A stretch of DNA of 64,000 nucleotides, from the NCBI GenBank assembly GCA_002321895.1, contig DCMZ01000017.1, positions 130,220-194,219 on the forward strand, given 5' to 3'. The stretch comes from Bdellovibrionaceae bacterium UBA1609 (lineage in GTDB: Bacteria; Bdellovibrionota; Bdellovibrionia; Bdellovibrionales; UBA1609). Below are positions 1 to 9,846 of this stretch, one piece after another (position 1 is the stretch's first letter; each line of letters starts with the position of its first letter). The notes beneath the pieces were generated by a model. It ran no database searches. It was not told the origin of the DNA and saw only the letters and a list, made by a program, of their open reading frames with translations. The position numbers and the translations under genes were made by a program.

Positions 1-409
1 CGATGCCCACAGAGAGTTCGTAAAATTTCTGAAGAGCCGTTTTACTATTAGTTGTATCAAGAAACATCTTGTTCAGGGCCGGCTCCAAATATTTATTCAA
101 TAGATCATTTGCTTTTCTCATATCCTCAGTTGGCGTTAAACCCTGGGATTTAAAATCAAAAGTACTTTTGTTCTCCTTCTGTTTGAGCCACTTTAGATTT
201 TGAAAGACATACTCAGCTTGATTCAAAGCCAAAGGAAACTGGGACAATTGTTGGTTGATTGCCGCCTCAGCCGCATCAATAGAAACCTTCAGTTGAGATA
301 CGTCTCCACCACCAAAATCTCCCGGGCCGTGGGAGGACTTCGCACATCCAATTGCCAAAATCGTGAGACTGGCGGCTAAAATACTATTTTTAAAATTAAC
401 ACTCTTCAT
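1..409 (-). CDS. putative lipoprotein (C-terminal part cut by window edge)
   Basis: ATG at 409-407 on the minus strand. My own reverse translation gives MKSVNFKNSILAASLTILAIGCAKSS..., a signal peptide plus lipobox AIGC. The frame stays open to position 1. It is absent from the ORF track because it runs off the edge. Confidence 0.5.
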   Translation of the reverse strand, partial: MKSVNFKNSILAASLTILAIGCAKSSHGPGDFGGGDVSQLKVSIDAAEAAINQQLSQFPLALNQAEYVFQNLKWLKQKENKSTFDFKSQGLTPTEDMRKANDLLNKYLEPALNKMFLDTTNSKTALQKFYELSVGI

Positions 410-549
410 TTCTAACTCCTTAGTTATGCATTTACAGAGCCAGACTAAGGGCTATGCTAAATCAGCGATAGATTTAGTTTGCTATCTTTTAATAGAATTA
501 TTATCAAAACTGCTAACTATATAACCTAAGTTACCGATACTATTGATAT

Positions 550-1356
550 ATGGACCTATTTAAATATGACGATTATAAGTTGTTTACCAACGACTGGATT
601 GAAAAAAGGCCTAAAAAAGGACGAGGTTACTACCGCAAGCTCTCTCTTTTTCTCGAGGTAAACCCTGTAATTATTAGCCAGGTCCTTAAAGGAGAAAGAC
701 ACTTTTCGCTGGAGCAAGCTCTCGAAGTTTGCGAATTTCTGGCACTCAATGAGCTGGAATCCGACTATTTTCAGCTGCTCGTTCAGAGAGAGAAAGCCGG
801 CACACATAAACTCAAAAAGCGCCTACAACAAAAATTGAATCGTCTAAAAGAAAAGGCCAATCAAGTGAAGGCCCGCCTGCCTGAGAATGAACCTTTATCA
901 GATAGAGCCCGCGCGGAATTTTACTCCCAATGGTTTTATAGTGGGATCCGATTAAGTACCGCCATTGATGGCCTAAACACTCCACAGGATCTATCCCGTC
1001 ACCTGAACCTACCCCTACATAAAGTACGTAGCGTGTTAGACTTTCTTGTAAAAAATAATTTGTGCTTGCTTGAAAAGAATGGAACCTATCGAATTTCTGA
1101 GCAGTCCACCCACGTAGATTCCCGCTCCCCTCTTGTTTCAAGGCACCATAAGAATTGGCGGGAAATGGCCATGCGTAAAATGGAACTTCAGACTGAGGAG
1201 GACCTCTTCTTTACAGCTCCCATTGTAGTAAACCAACAGACCATGCAGCTTATGAGGGATCAGCTCTTACAAACCATTCAAAAACTGTCAAAAACGGCCA
1301 CACTGTCTTCCAGTGAACAACTGATTTGCCTCAACATAGATCTTTTCAACCTCTAA
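550..1356 (+). CDS. TIGR02147/DUF4423-like HTH protein (Fibrobacter/Bdellovibrio paralogous family)
   Basis: The N-terminus (YDDYKLF..W.EKRPKKGRGYYRKLS..L.V.P...SQVLKGERHFSLEQALEV.EFL.L.ELE.DYFQLLVQ) matches the remembered pattern of the TIGR02147 family. Recognised by eye only. Confidence 0.5.
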   Translation: MDLFKYDDYKLFTNDWIEKRPKKGRGYYRKLSLFLEVNPVIISQVLKGERHFSLEQALEVCEFLALNELESDYFQLLVQREKAGTHKLKKRLQQKLNRLKEKANQVKARLPENEPLSDRARAEFYSQWFYSGIRLSTAIDGLNTPQDLSRHLNLPLHKVRSVLDFLVKNNLCLLEKNGTYRISEQSTHVDSRSPLVSRHHKNWREMAMRKMELQTEEDLFFTAPIVVNQQTMQLMRDQLLQTIQKLSKTATLSSSEQLICLNIDLFNL

Positions 1357-1369
1357 CTGAGGCGTAGGA

Positions 1370-1666
1370 TCACTTTAACTGAATGTTACAACAGGGAAGC
1401 TTCAGAGTGTTTTTGTCTGAAGCCAAAAGCTTGGTATTTAGAAAATAAGTGGCTTGCCGCCCTAGTCTGCGAACCAAAAGAATATTGTTCTCTCGAAGCA
1501 CCTTAAGGTGCTTTGAAAGCAAACTCTTATCAATCTTTAAAGTCGCCAGAAGCTGCTCCACACTCTGCTCTCCCTTGAAACAAAGTCTTACGATGCGCAG
1601 CCGATGTGGCTCCCCAATCGCGTTAAACAAGTTCGAGGCTTCTCTTTCCGAAGGAACGGTACTCAT
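1370..1666 (-). CDS. ArsR/SmtB-family transcriptional regulator
   Basis: 98 aa. The wHTH core is GEPHRLRIVRLCFKGEQSVEQLLATLKIDKSLLSKHLKVLRENNILLVRRLGRQATYFL. Cysteines are at C29 and a C-terminal vicinal pair C92-C93 (LKLPCCN). There is a 4-nt overlap with the upstream membrane-protein gene. Confidence 0.8.
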   Translation of the reverse strand: MSTVPSEREASNLFNAIGEPHRLRIVRLCFKGEQSVEQLLATLKIDKSLLSKHLKVLRENNILLVRRLGRQATYFLNTKLLASDKNTLKLPCCNIQLK

Positions 1667-2856
1667 CGATGACCCTTTTCTAAATTGAGGTAACCCCTTA
1701 GCTCCTTGGATTTGCTAGGACGCCAGATCTTTTGATCCAGGTAAAAGTGATGCCCAATGATCCCAAAAAACAAAATGTAAGCCCAACTGTGCGACTGAAC
1801 ACCATGCCATGAACCCGTAGGAGCTGGCCAATCTCCCACATTCCAAACAATAAAGCCAAAGACTAAACCCATAAGTAAGGAAAAACCCATATAATTGGCC
1901 AACTTATAGTTTACAAATCGAGCCACTCCATAGCCTTTGTTCTCTGCACTTTGCTCATTAAAACGCTTATTGCCGTAATACCAAACAATGGCGTGGTATT
2001 GAATGTTATGAAACAGTGAATTCATCACCGCGATTAACATCAACGTTTCAGCTCCAGTTAAATTTTGAAATATCAAATCTTTTGGAGCTATAAAATAAAA
2101 CATCGTACTATAGAAAATCAGACAGGTGGCCACATAATACAGACCTATGAGCGCTTTCCCGCCAACAATTCCCACAGCTTCTTTAGCCAAAAAGACAAGC
2201 TTTATAAACAGGGCTAGAGAGATGAGCATGGGCACCGTCCCTAATAGAAAACCAAGACTGCCACCCATTTCACTGACCGACGGCAAACCAAAGACCAACT
2301 GAGATTTAAAGTTGAACAAAAAATAGACCTGAGCCACACCCACTCCCCAGAAGAGTAAATGCACCATTTTCGCTTTCAAAGCTTCCGGCACCTTAGCTTT
2401 TCCCGTGTAAATAGATAGAAAACCATAGTGCTGTTTAGCATTGTGATACAGCGACCAGACAAATATAAAAAATCCGTACAGAGTCATGTAGGACACATCA
2501 GACTGTAGGGAATCCGCCAGCACAGCCAACCCAGGAAATGCAAAAAACACTAAACTGCCAAACAACACTTTAGAGTTTTCACTTCTATATTTTTTATCAA
2601 TGTAGGTACGACTGAAAGTCGCCCAAAAGTGGGACCCTTCAAACGCTATGATCCAAATCCACAGAATATAAGGCATAAATGTAGGTTCACTAAAAGCCAA
2701 GGCGGCCACAAGCAAGGTGAAAAATGCGCCTCCAGTTACAAACATCAAATCGAAGGCGGGATTTTTAAGCCAGTATCGTGGATTCCAGAGCTCCTGAACT
2801 CCGCCCGTTACCATTTCTGATACATCAGCTGTAGTTGTGCTTTGATGACTCGACAT
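1663..2856 (-). CDS. polytopic (~10 TM) membrane protein of unknown function with four His-containing motifs
   Basis: 397 aa with about 10 hydrophobic segments. Motifs: EGSHFWATF, YHNAKQHYGF, FHNIQYHAIVWYY, GHHFYLDQKIWR. It is the first gene of the operon with ArsR. Confidence 0.6.
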   Translation of the reverse strand: MSSHQSTTTADVSEMVTGGVQELWNPRYWLKNPAFDLMFVTGGAFFTLLVAALAFSEPTFMPYILWIWIIAFEGSHFWATFSRTYIDKKYRSENSKVLFGSLVFFAFPGLAVLADSLQSDVSYMTLYGFFIFVWSLYHNAKQHYGFLSIYTGKAKVPEALKAKMVHLLFWGVGVAQVYFLFNFKSQLVFGLPSVSEMGGSLGFLLGTVPMLISLALFIKLVFLAKEAVGIVGGKALIGLYYVATCLIFYSTMFYFIAPKDLIFQNLTGAETLMLIAVMNSLFHNIQYHAIVWYYGNKRFNEQSAENKGYGVARFVNYKLANYMGFSLLMGLVFGFIVWNVGDWPAPTGSWHGVQSHSWAYILFFGIIGHHFYLDQKIWRPSKSKELRGYLNLEKGHR

Positions 2857-2884
2857 TTATACCCCTTGATGAATATGAGTTTAT

Positions 2885-2904
2885 AGTTGAATAAATATTC
2901 AACT
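2885..2904. promoter_or_regulatory. perfect 9-2-9 palindrome, candidate ArsR-family operator
   Basis: AGTTGAATA-AA-TATTCAACT lies 29-48 nt upstream of the ATG at 2856. It resembles the TGAA..TTCA-type 12-2-12 operators of SmtB/CzrA-type repressors. Confidence 0.5.
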
Positions 2905-2958
2905 TTTACAGACCCCAAATGTCAACCACTACGTATTTTAGATGGAAACTGAATCAAG

Positions 2959-4584
2959 TTATCTTCTGAACGGGACTACATTTGAGGTCTCTGGAGGGGA
3001 TACCAGGGACCTCTCCACCCAACCGTCAGTGCTTCCAGGATACTCTTTTTTGTCTGTGAGTAGCTTGAGCCCCTGTTGGCGCAATTGAGTGCTTAGACTT
3101 CGGATTTGCCGAAGCCTTGTGGCCATTTCCTTCGATGATACCGCTTCGGAGCTAGTATTTAGAATCTTGTGATTGAAATCGATGATCTTTCGGTATTGTT
3201 CAATATTCTTTTCGTATTTAACTTCCGAAATTTCAAACAAACTTTGACTGACTTGAAGGAAGTCTCGCAAGAGGTCCGCATCCGACCTTTGACTGGCCAT
3301 TAGAGACTGAACTTCTTCAAACAACTCCTTGTTGTTAATGCTTACACGCCCATAAGTGTGCGAACCGTTCATCTCTCCAGAATAGGCAAAAAGAATTTTA
3401 TTCCCAGAAATTTGGAAATGAATTTCCACAACCTCTCCCAACCCATAAAATGCACTGTCTTCGGGTTTAAACTGTATGCTTACAGCACCGTTTTCCTCTT
3501 TGACCAAGGTCATTTGATGAGCACCTTTAGCAAAATTAAAATGGCGCTTTGCCAACTTCTGAATTTGACCTAGGAGATCGCGGTTATCTACTCCGATTTG
3601 CATCTCACGAATTAGAGCCTCCTGCTGTTCCCTCACCTTTGCTTTGGCCCGGTCCATTTCAATTTGCAAACGTGACAATCCCATCTCTTTGTTTACAAAC
3701 TCCAAGTGGCGCAACATGGCCTGACGCTCTAAAAAGAAAGTCAGCGGCTGGCCGGTCCTAAAATAATAATTATCACCATCGCGATGCTTCACTCCAAACA
3801 AATCATAAGCACCTGTAAACTGTGATGGGCTGTAGGCATTGGGAGACCGAAACTCCACCATGGCTGCCGCATTAATAATATCAATACCAGAAAAGGGGGC
3901 TAAAACGTGCTCCGGGCGAACATAAACATAGTCCCTTCGAGCTACAGGCATTTGTGGAGTTTCAGTGGCATAAAACGGAAGAGCCGGATCTAATCGAATC
4001 CCACTATCATAGGCCAAACCTTTGTGAGAGAAAATATCACGGGATAGAACTTTTCCCAGGTGCTGCAAATAATGCTTATAGACCGGCTTAGTGTATTTGT
4101 TCGTGTCCACAATGGACAGCTGCTTCTCTGAAATACTGCCAAACAGCTTCCATGAGTATTCACCACCAGTATTGATCCATCGGGGTTCCAAACCATAGTC
4201 TCTAAAGTACTCAAATATCTGAGAATAAAAGTCAGGCATCTTAAATCTCTTAGGCACCTCTGAATTCCACCCTACACCTTGTGAGAAATCTTGTGGTCGC
4301 TTACGCTCCATTTGATCAACTATGACTCTTAAAGGGCCTTTAAACTCAGAGAGAGGTATCATTTGTTTCAAGGTATCCTGAAACTGCTGAAATGCTTCCT
4401 TTACGGACTTCAGCCTTAAATTCTGCACCTGATGGCTCTTTGCCTGGCTAAATGTTTGAACGGATACAACCGTCGCTTTAGAGTCTGCTTTAAATAAATC
4501 AATACAGGTCTGCTGACCCCAGACAGGAGTAACTCCAGAAATTAGAAGCGTTAAAAAAGCAAAAATTGGTAGTCTCATAGCCAT
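2959..4584 (-). CDS. secreted hypothetical protein
   Basis: 541 aa. N-terminal signal peptide MAMRLPIFAFLTLLISGVTPVWGQQ. No motif recognised. Confidence 0.55.
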   Translation of the reverse strand: MAMRLPIFAFLTLLISGVTPVWGQQTCIDLFKADSKATVVSVQTFSQAKSHQVQNLRLKSVKEAFQQFQDTLKQMIPLSEFKGPLRVIVDQMERKRPQDFSQGVGWNSEVPKRFKMPDFYSQIFEYFRDYGLEPRWINTGGEYSWKLFGSISEKQLSIVDTNKYTKPVYKHYLQHLGKVLSRDIFSHKGLAYDSGIRLDPALPFYATETPQMPVARRDYVYVRPEHVLAPFSGIDIINAAAMVEFRSPNAYSPSQFTGAYDLFGVKHRDGDNYYFRTGQPLTFFLERQAMLRHLEFVNKEMGLSRLQIEMDRAKAKVREQQEALIREMQIGVDNRDLLGQIQKLAKRHFNFAKGAHQMTLVKEENGAVSIQFKPEDSAFYGLGEVVEIHFQISGNKILFAYSGEMNGSHTYGRVSINNKELFEEVQSLMASQRSDADLLRDFLQVSQSLFEISEVKYEKNIEQYRKIIDFNHKILNTSSEAVSSKEMATRLRQIRSLSTQLRQQGLKLLTDKKEYPGSTDGWVERSLVSPPETSNVVPFRR

Positions 4585-4983
4585 CGCTCAATAGGTTGCA
4601 ACAGATATACCTACGGGCCTCTCAATACTCAGATGAAACCTACCCGCTCACCTCCCTAAGAATTGGATATTACAGATAAAATCACCTGAAAATGCTGTTT
4701 GTTTTCTATACGATAGCGCCAATTTATGCCGCCCAAACAACAAAGCCCCGGTCAGGAGCTTGGACTTAATTCTAAAACGTCCCTATCTCACTACTTTGGT
4801 AGTGGCGCCCATTGTCCCAGGCTCTTTCTCTCCCCTATTTTAGACTGGAAGTCGGGAGCATGAGTACCAACTCATACCAGGAACCTCATTGGTGAAGTAA
4901 AATTATGACACAACCAATGAAGGGGTTCACGTCTGTCTTCAGTAACCATTAAAAAAATCGCTCTAGCGCTTCTATTAGGACTG

Positions 4984-6069
4984 TTGAGCTTGGAAGTGGG
5001 ATTACGTGTTCTTCATTCAAAGCTCCCATCAAGTAGAAACTTCTTTATCCCGGACTCAAATTTGGGATGGCGGCTCAAACCAAATTCAAATTTCCGGCCA
5101 GCCGAAAGCTTTTTTTCTTCAAGAGTTACTTATAATTCTGATGGCTTCCGGAGTCGTGAAGTGGGATTGCCAAAGGGTAAGGCAAAGAGAGTTTTAATTC
5201 TTGGAGGCTCTCTTATGGAAGGCAGACATGTCAATGACGACGAGATTGCTAGCTACCTTTTTGAAAATCAGCTTTCCAATTCCTATGAAAATATTGAAGT
5301 TATAAACATGTCTGTGTCAGGCTACAGCACACTTCAAAGCCTTTTATTGTACAAGAACATTGGCAAGCACTTTAAACCCGATATTGTCCTGTTAGGATTT
5401 AGTCTTGAAGGCGATTTATATAAAAACTCGCTGGAACTCACTAATGAGTTTTTAGGTAAACCTTTTGAAGAGGCACACATCCGACCCTATCTAACCAAAA
5501 TCAATAATCAATGGACCCAGCAACGTCCTGACATGGATCAAGTGTCTGCCTATTTACAGGCAGAAGCCCCGAGACATTGGAGTGAAGTGGCCATGCTTCA
5601 AACATTTTCTGACATCATTCAGTATTTCCAGAGAAAACGCTTCATTTCTCGAATGGAATCTAACAAAGAGGCACCCCACTCTAAATGTGGGGATTTACCT
5701 TCTTATGATTTAGCATGGGAGACAACTCAGGAGATCATTCGAAGATTGAAATTAGAAACCCAAGAGACGGGCACAAAACTTATTGTGTTCTCTCCCCCTT
5801 CACCTATAAAAGTATCTGAATCTCTTGTTCACGTTGAGAGTCCCCCTAAATCCATGACCTGTACAGACCGAGAGTCTTTGGCGAAACTTAAAGTAACTAT
5901 TCAAAATACAGGGATTGGATTCATAGATATTTCAGACACATTCATAAACAGTCCTTCTATAAACTTTAAAGCCGGCCCGAGCATTCAGTGGAACCGTGAA
6001 GGCCACCTCCGAGTGGCCGATCGACTGGCGGAAAGTCCAGTGATCCATAACGCATTAAAGGGTATGTAG
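4984..6069 (+). CDS. SGNH/GDSL-type hydrolase (AlgX/AlgJ-like esterase or acyltransferase); true start probably upstream
   Basis: Block I is LILGGSLMEG, block II is NMSVSGYS, and the C-terminal block is WNREGHLRVADRLA. The frame is open from 4921 and encodes KKIALALLLGLL (a signal anchor) upstream of the TTG at 4984. Confidence 0.5.
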   Translation: MSLEVGLRVLHSKLPSSRNFFIPDSNLGWRLKPNSNFRPAESFFSSRVTYNSDGFRSREVGLPKGKAKRVLILGGSLMEGRHVNDDEIASYLFENQLSNSYENIEVINMSVSGYSTLQSLLLYKNIGKHFKPDIVLLGFSLEGDLYKNSLELTNEFLGKPFEEAHIRPYLTKINNQWTQQRPDMDQVSAYLQAEAPRHWSEVAMLQTFSDIIQYFQRKRFISRMESNKEAPHSKCGDLPSYDLAWETTQEIIRRLKLETQETGTKLIVFSPPSPIKVSESLVHVESPPKSMTCTDRESLAKLKVTIQNTGIGFIDISDTFINSPSINFKAGPSIQWNREGHLRVADRLAESPVIHNALKGM

Positions 6070-6118
6070 ACTCACAGATTAAAGTTAGTATTCTAGGTAA
6101 GTTGAAAAACTTTGAGAG

Positions 6119-7069
6119 ATGCCTATGAATTCAAATTCCACAGAAAAACCTCATATCTCGATTGTATCTCCCATTTATGGTGACCCTGTAGACATTGAAG
6201 AGCTGTATCGCCAACTGGTTCAACACCTCTCACCCATTACATCCAATTTTGAAATCATTCTTGTTAACGATAGAAGCCCCGATAACTCGTGGTCAAAAAT
6301 ACAAAAGATCTCCCAATCTGACCCCAGAGTAAGGGGCGTCTTACTTTCTAGGAACTTCGGACAGCACTATGCGATTTCAGCCGGACTAGAATACGTCACA
6401 GGCGATTGGTGCGTAGTGATGGACTGTGACTTACAGGACCGACCTGAAGAGATACCTCGCCTCTATGAATTAGCCACAGACCAAGACTATGACTCTCTAG
6501 TTGCTCGAAGAATTGCACGTCAGGATAGCATTTTAACGCGTTGGACTTCTTGGTTCTTCTATATTGTTTTTAACTATCTTACAGATCAAAAATACGACAA
6601 CCGTGAAGCCAATTTTGGTATCTATAAGCTAAAAGTTATTGATGCTATACGCCAATACACCCAAAAAGATCGCTCATTCGGACTTATGGTTTCATCCGTC
6701 GGCTTCAAAAAGGGATTTCTTGAAGTCAAACATGGCGAAAGATCTACTGGTACTTCTTCTTACACCTTCACCAAGAGACTCGGCCTTGCCATAGATTTAA
6801 TACTCTCTAACTCTATAAAACCCCTACGACTCACTGTTCAATTGGGTTTCGTGATCTCAGCACTCTCTCTCACCTATTCGGCTTATGTGATCTGGATGTA
6901 TTTCAATCATGATCAAATGGTGAGTGGCTGGACAAGTACGATTGTCTCTATGTTTTTTCTTTTTGGCATCTTAATCAGCATCATGGGTATGGTGGGGCTT
7001 TATGTTGGCAAAACTTATAATCAAGTTATGGGACGCCCCCTCTATATCGTCGATAAAACTACGTTTTAA
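6119..7069 (+). CDS. family-2 glycosyltransferase, polyprenyl-phosphate sugar transferase type (GtrB/ArnC/DPM1-like)
   Basis: Motifs ISIVSPIYG...ILVNDRSPDNS...LSRNFGQHYA...VMDCDLQD (DxD). Two C-terminal TM helices. Confidence 0.85.
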   Translation: MPMNSNSTEKPHISIVSPIYGDPVDIEELYRQLVQHLSPITSNFEIILVNDRSPDNSWSKIQKISQSDPRVRGVLLSRNFGQHYAISAGLEYVTGDWCVVMDCDLQDRPEEIPRLYELATDQDYDSLVARRIARQDSILTRWTSWFFYIVFNYLTDQKYDNREANFGIYKLKVIDAIRQYTQKDRSFGLMVSSVGFKKGFLEVKHGERSTGTSSYTFTKRLGLAIDLILSNSIKPLRLTVQLGFVISALSLTYSAYVIWMYFNHDQMVSGWTSTIVSMFFLFGILISIMGMVGLYVGKTYNQVMGRPLYIVDKTTF

Positions 7070-7120
7070 ATGCATCCATTGACTCTAATCGTGAAATCAT
7101 TGAAAATTTAACCATTCCAA

Positions 7121-8308
7121 ATGAAGGAGCTCCTTTTGGGACGAATGAATCTAGTCAATAAGTTGCACCAAAAATCTGTAGTAGAAAAACTTCAGCAGAT
7201 TGACTGGAACTTTGGAACCAAAAGCCCTTATGTGGTAGAGCTGGACCCAACCACGGCATGCGACCTAGCTTGCCCCGGCTGCATTAGTGGAGATCTCCTC
7301 AACCAAAAAGACAGCTTCGATAATAGATTTAGTAATGACCGACTCGTAGAAATTTCAAATGAACTCATCGAATCTGGTGTGAAAGCCGTGATTCTCATTG
7401 GCGGAGGAGAACCTCTCAGTCACCCAAAAGTGGGCGAAGTTATAGAAAACTTTGGCAAGAATGACGTTCAGATTGGAATCACCACTAACGGAACTTTTAT
7501 TAAGAAACACTTGGATCTTATTGCCAAATACGCCAGCTGGACTCGGGTTTCAATGGATGCCGGTACGGACGAAACCTTTAAATATTTGAGACCGACTCGA
7601 TCAGGTCGATCAAAATTTAACCCTATTGTAGAAAACATGCGAGAGCTTGCAAAAGTTAAAACAGGTATATTGGGTTATTCCTTTCTCATTAGAACGGCTG
7701 CCGATGGGGATGCCGAGTCTGTTGCAGGCCTTTCCGAGTATGGAAAAATTCAGCTTTCCAATGTGAATGAAATCTTTGAAGCCGCTAAATTAGCTAAAGA
7801 GATTGGGTGTGATTACTTTGAGCCTAAGCCCAGCTATGATGATGATCATAATTTAGTGACCCATAGCGAATATGATATGACTGTGGCTAAAGAGATGATT
7901 CGAAGAGCGCGAGAACTGGAAGCCGATAACTTTAAAGTTTTAGAGTCTATCAATCTTCAAGCCGCTCTGAATAGAGAGCAAATTGGCGATCAACCTAAAG
8001 ACTATACTTCTTGTCCTGCTGCTGACTTGAGGACACTCGTTACTCCTAGTGGTGTGTATGTGTGCCCCTACTTTAGAGGTAATGAAAACTTTAAGATTGG
8101 AGATATGAGAAACCAATCTCTTGAGGAGATGTGGTCCTCTGATCATAGAAAAAACATCATGGACAAACTCGACCCTAGTTGTGACTGTGACAAACTTCAC
8201 TGCATTCGACATGATACAAATTTAGAAGTTTTTGAGATCATGCGAAAAATCGAAGCGGACAAAGAGATTGAAATCCATAAAGTTGATGCAGAAGACCGTT
8301 TTATTTAA
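7121..8308 (+). CDS. radical SAM enzyme
   Basis: CxxxCxxC cluster motif TTACDLACPGC, a GGGEPL glycine-rich SAM motif, and a C-terminal Cys-rich region (CPYFRG...CDCDKLHC). Confidence 0.85.
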   Translation: MKELLLGRMNLVNKLHQKSVVEKLQQIDWNFGTKSPYVVELDPTTACDLACPGCISGDLLNQKDSFDNRFSNDRLVEISNELIESGVKAVILIGGGEPLSHPKVGEVIENFGKNDVQIGITTNGTFIKKHLDLIAKYASWTRVSMDAGTDETFKYLRPTRSGRSKFNPIVENMRELAKVKTGILGYSFLIRTAADGDAESVAGLSEYGKIQLSNVNEIFEAAKLAKEIGCDYFEPKPSYDDDHNLVTHSEYDMTVAKEMIRRARELEADNFKVLESINLQAALNREQIGDQPKDYTSCPAADLRTLVTPSGVYVCPYFRGNENFKIGDMRNQSLEEMWSSDHRKNIMDKLDPSCDCDKLHCIRHDTNLEVFEIMRKIEADKEIEIHKVDAEDRFI

Positions 8309-8334
8309 CCCTTCAACAGGCGGCTAAAACGATT

Positions 8335-9846
8335 ATGGAGCTCAACAGGCAAGCCATCCACGATAAATTGAACAATCTTAATATTGAACACCGCTGTTTT
8401 GTGAGCGGCTCATTTTATGATGGGAAAGAATTAGATCTATTCAATAAAATAAGTCCTATCGATGGAAGAGAGCTGCCTGGGATCGGCATTGCGGATAGAG
8501 AACTTGTCAACCGAGCCGTAAGCGCTGCCCGAGAGAGCTATAGAAATGGAAAATGGGCGCGCACGAAGCTCTCTGAACGCAAGCAAGTCCTACTGAAATT
8601 GGCTGAAAAAATGAGCGAGAGTCGATGGGAATTAGCCCTTCTCGACACCATTGAAACGGGACGAAGTGTAAAAAATTACTACTGTGACTCCATCCCCAAG
8701 GCCATTGAAGTGGTTCGTTGGTTTGCTGAGGCTTCGGATAAGTATCTTGATTTTGCACTTCCTCCGCAGTCCTCTCATAGTGGCACAATAACAAGAGAGC
8801 CTTTAGGCGTCGTGGCCGGAATCACCCCTTGGAACGATCCACTTGTACCTGCAATGTGGAAGCTCGCCCCAGCTTTACTCATGGGTAACTCCGTGATTAT
8901 GAAGCCTGCGGAAGAGTCCTCCTACTCTTTATTAAAAATCGCAGAACTTCTCTCGAAATGTGGCCTTCCGAAGGGAACATTAAGTGTCCTCACTGGAACT
9001 GGAGAGATCACAGGAAAACTTTTGGCGCTACATCCGGAAGTGGATGGAGTGTTCTTTACTGGCTCCAGTGAGGTGGGTAAACTCATACTTCAATACTCGG
9101 GGCAGAGTAACATGAAAAAAGTGGGCCTCGAGTGCGGAGGCAAGTCTCCTTTTATAATTTCCAAAAATTGCTCTAATGTGAAAGCTGCTGCAGAAACCCT
9201 GGCTCAAAATATGTTTTATAATCAAGGCCAAATCTGTTCCGCTCCCTCTCTCGCATTTGTCCATGAAAGCCTTAGAGAAGAATTTAAGGTCCATTTAAAG
9301 ACTATTTTACCCCAGTTTCAACCTGGCGACCCGTTGAATCCTGAATCTAATATTGGTGGAGTGGTCAGCGAACAGCAACGAAACCGCATTCTGACTTATG
9401 TAGAGACTGGCAAGAAAGACCAGGTTGAATTTTATGAACCAGAACCCAAGACACTTGCCTATCCCGATCAGCAATGCGTGAATCCTATTTGTTTTTTCGA
9501 CGCTCCAGAGAGTCACGACCTTTTCAAAGAAGAAGTGTTCGGTCCCGTACTGGTTGTAAATAGCTTTTCTAATTTAGCGGAAGCCGTAAATTCGGCAAAC
9601 AATACAAACTTTGGCTTAGCCGCAAGTATTTGGACCAACGATTTAAACGAATCCTATCACGTGAGCAGAGAGCTGAGAGCAGGTATTGTACATATAAACA
9701 GCTATGGGCAAGATGACATGTCAGCTCCTTTCGGAGGCATTAAGCAATCTGGTCTCGGCAAAGATAAATCATTGTTTGCCTTTGATGAATACACTCACCT
9801 GAAAACCATTTGGACGGAATATCCATCCTCCAAAAGTGTTCTATGA
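8335..9846 (+). CDS. NAD(P)-dependent aldehyde dehydrogenase
   Basis: ALDH motifs FTGSSEVGK, LECGGKSP (catalytic Glu), GQICSAPS (catalytic Cys) and EEVFGPVL. Confidence 0.9.
   Translation: MELNRQAIHDKLNNLNIEHRCFVSGSFYDGKELDLFNKISPIDGRELPGIGIADRELVNRAVSAARESYRNGKWARTKLSERKQVLLKLAEKMSESRWELALLDTIETGRSVKNYYCDSIPKAIEVVRWFAEASDKYLDFALPPQSSHSGTITREPLGVVAGITPWNDPLVPAMWKLAPALLMGNSVIMKPAEESSYSLLKIAELLSKCGLPKGTLSVLTGTGEITGKLLALHPEVDGVFFTGSSEVGKLILQYSGQSNMKKVGLECGGKSPFIISKNCSNVKAAAETLAQNMFYNQGQICSAPSLAFVHESLREEFKVHLKTILPQFQPGDPLNPESNIGGVVSEQQRNRILTYVETGKKDQVEFYEPEPKTLAYPDQQCVNPICFFDAPESHDLFKEEVFGPVLVVNSFSNLAEAVNSANNTNFGLAASIWTNDLNESYHVSRELRAGIVHINSYGQDDMSAPFGGIKQSGLGKDKSLFAFDEYTHLKTIWTEYPSSKSVL

Noticed and set aside
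457-477. 7-bp inverted repeat CTAAATC-N7-GATTTAG in the divergent region upstream of the TIGR02147-like gene
   Set aside because: It is short and AT-rich in an AT-rich intergenic region. It could be an operator, but nothing distinguishes it from chance.
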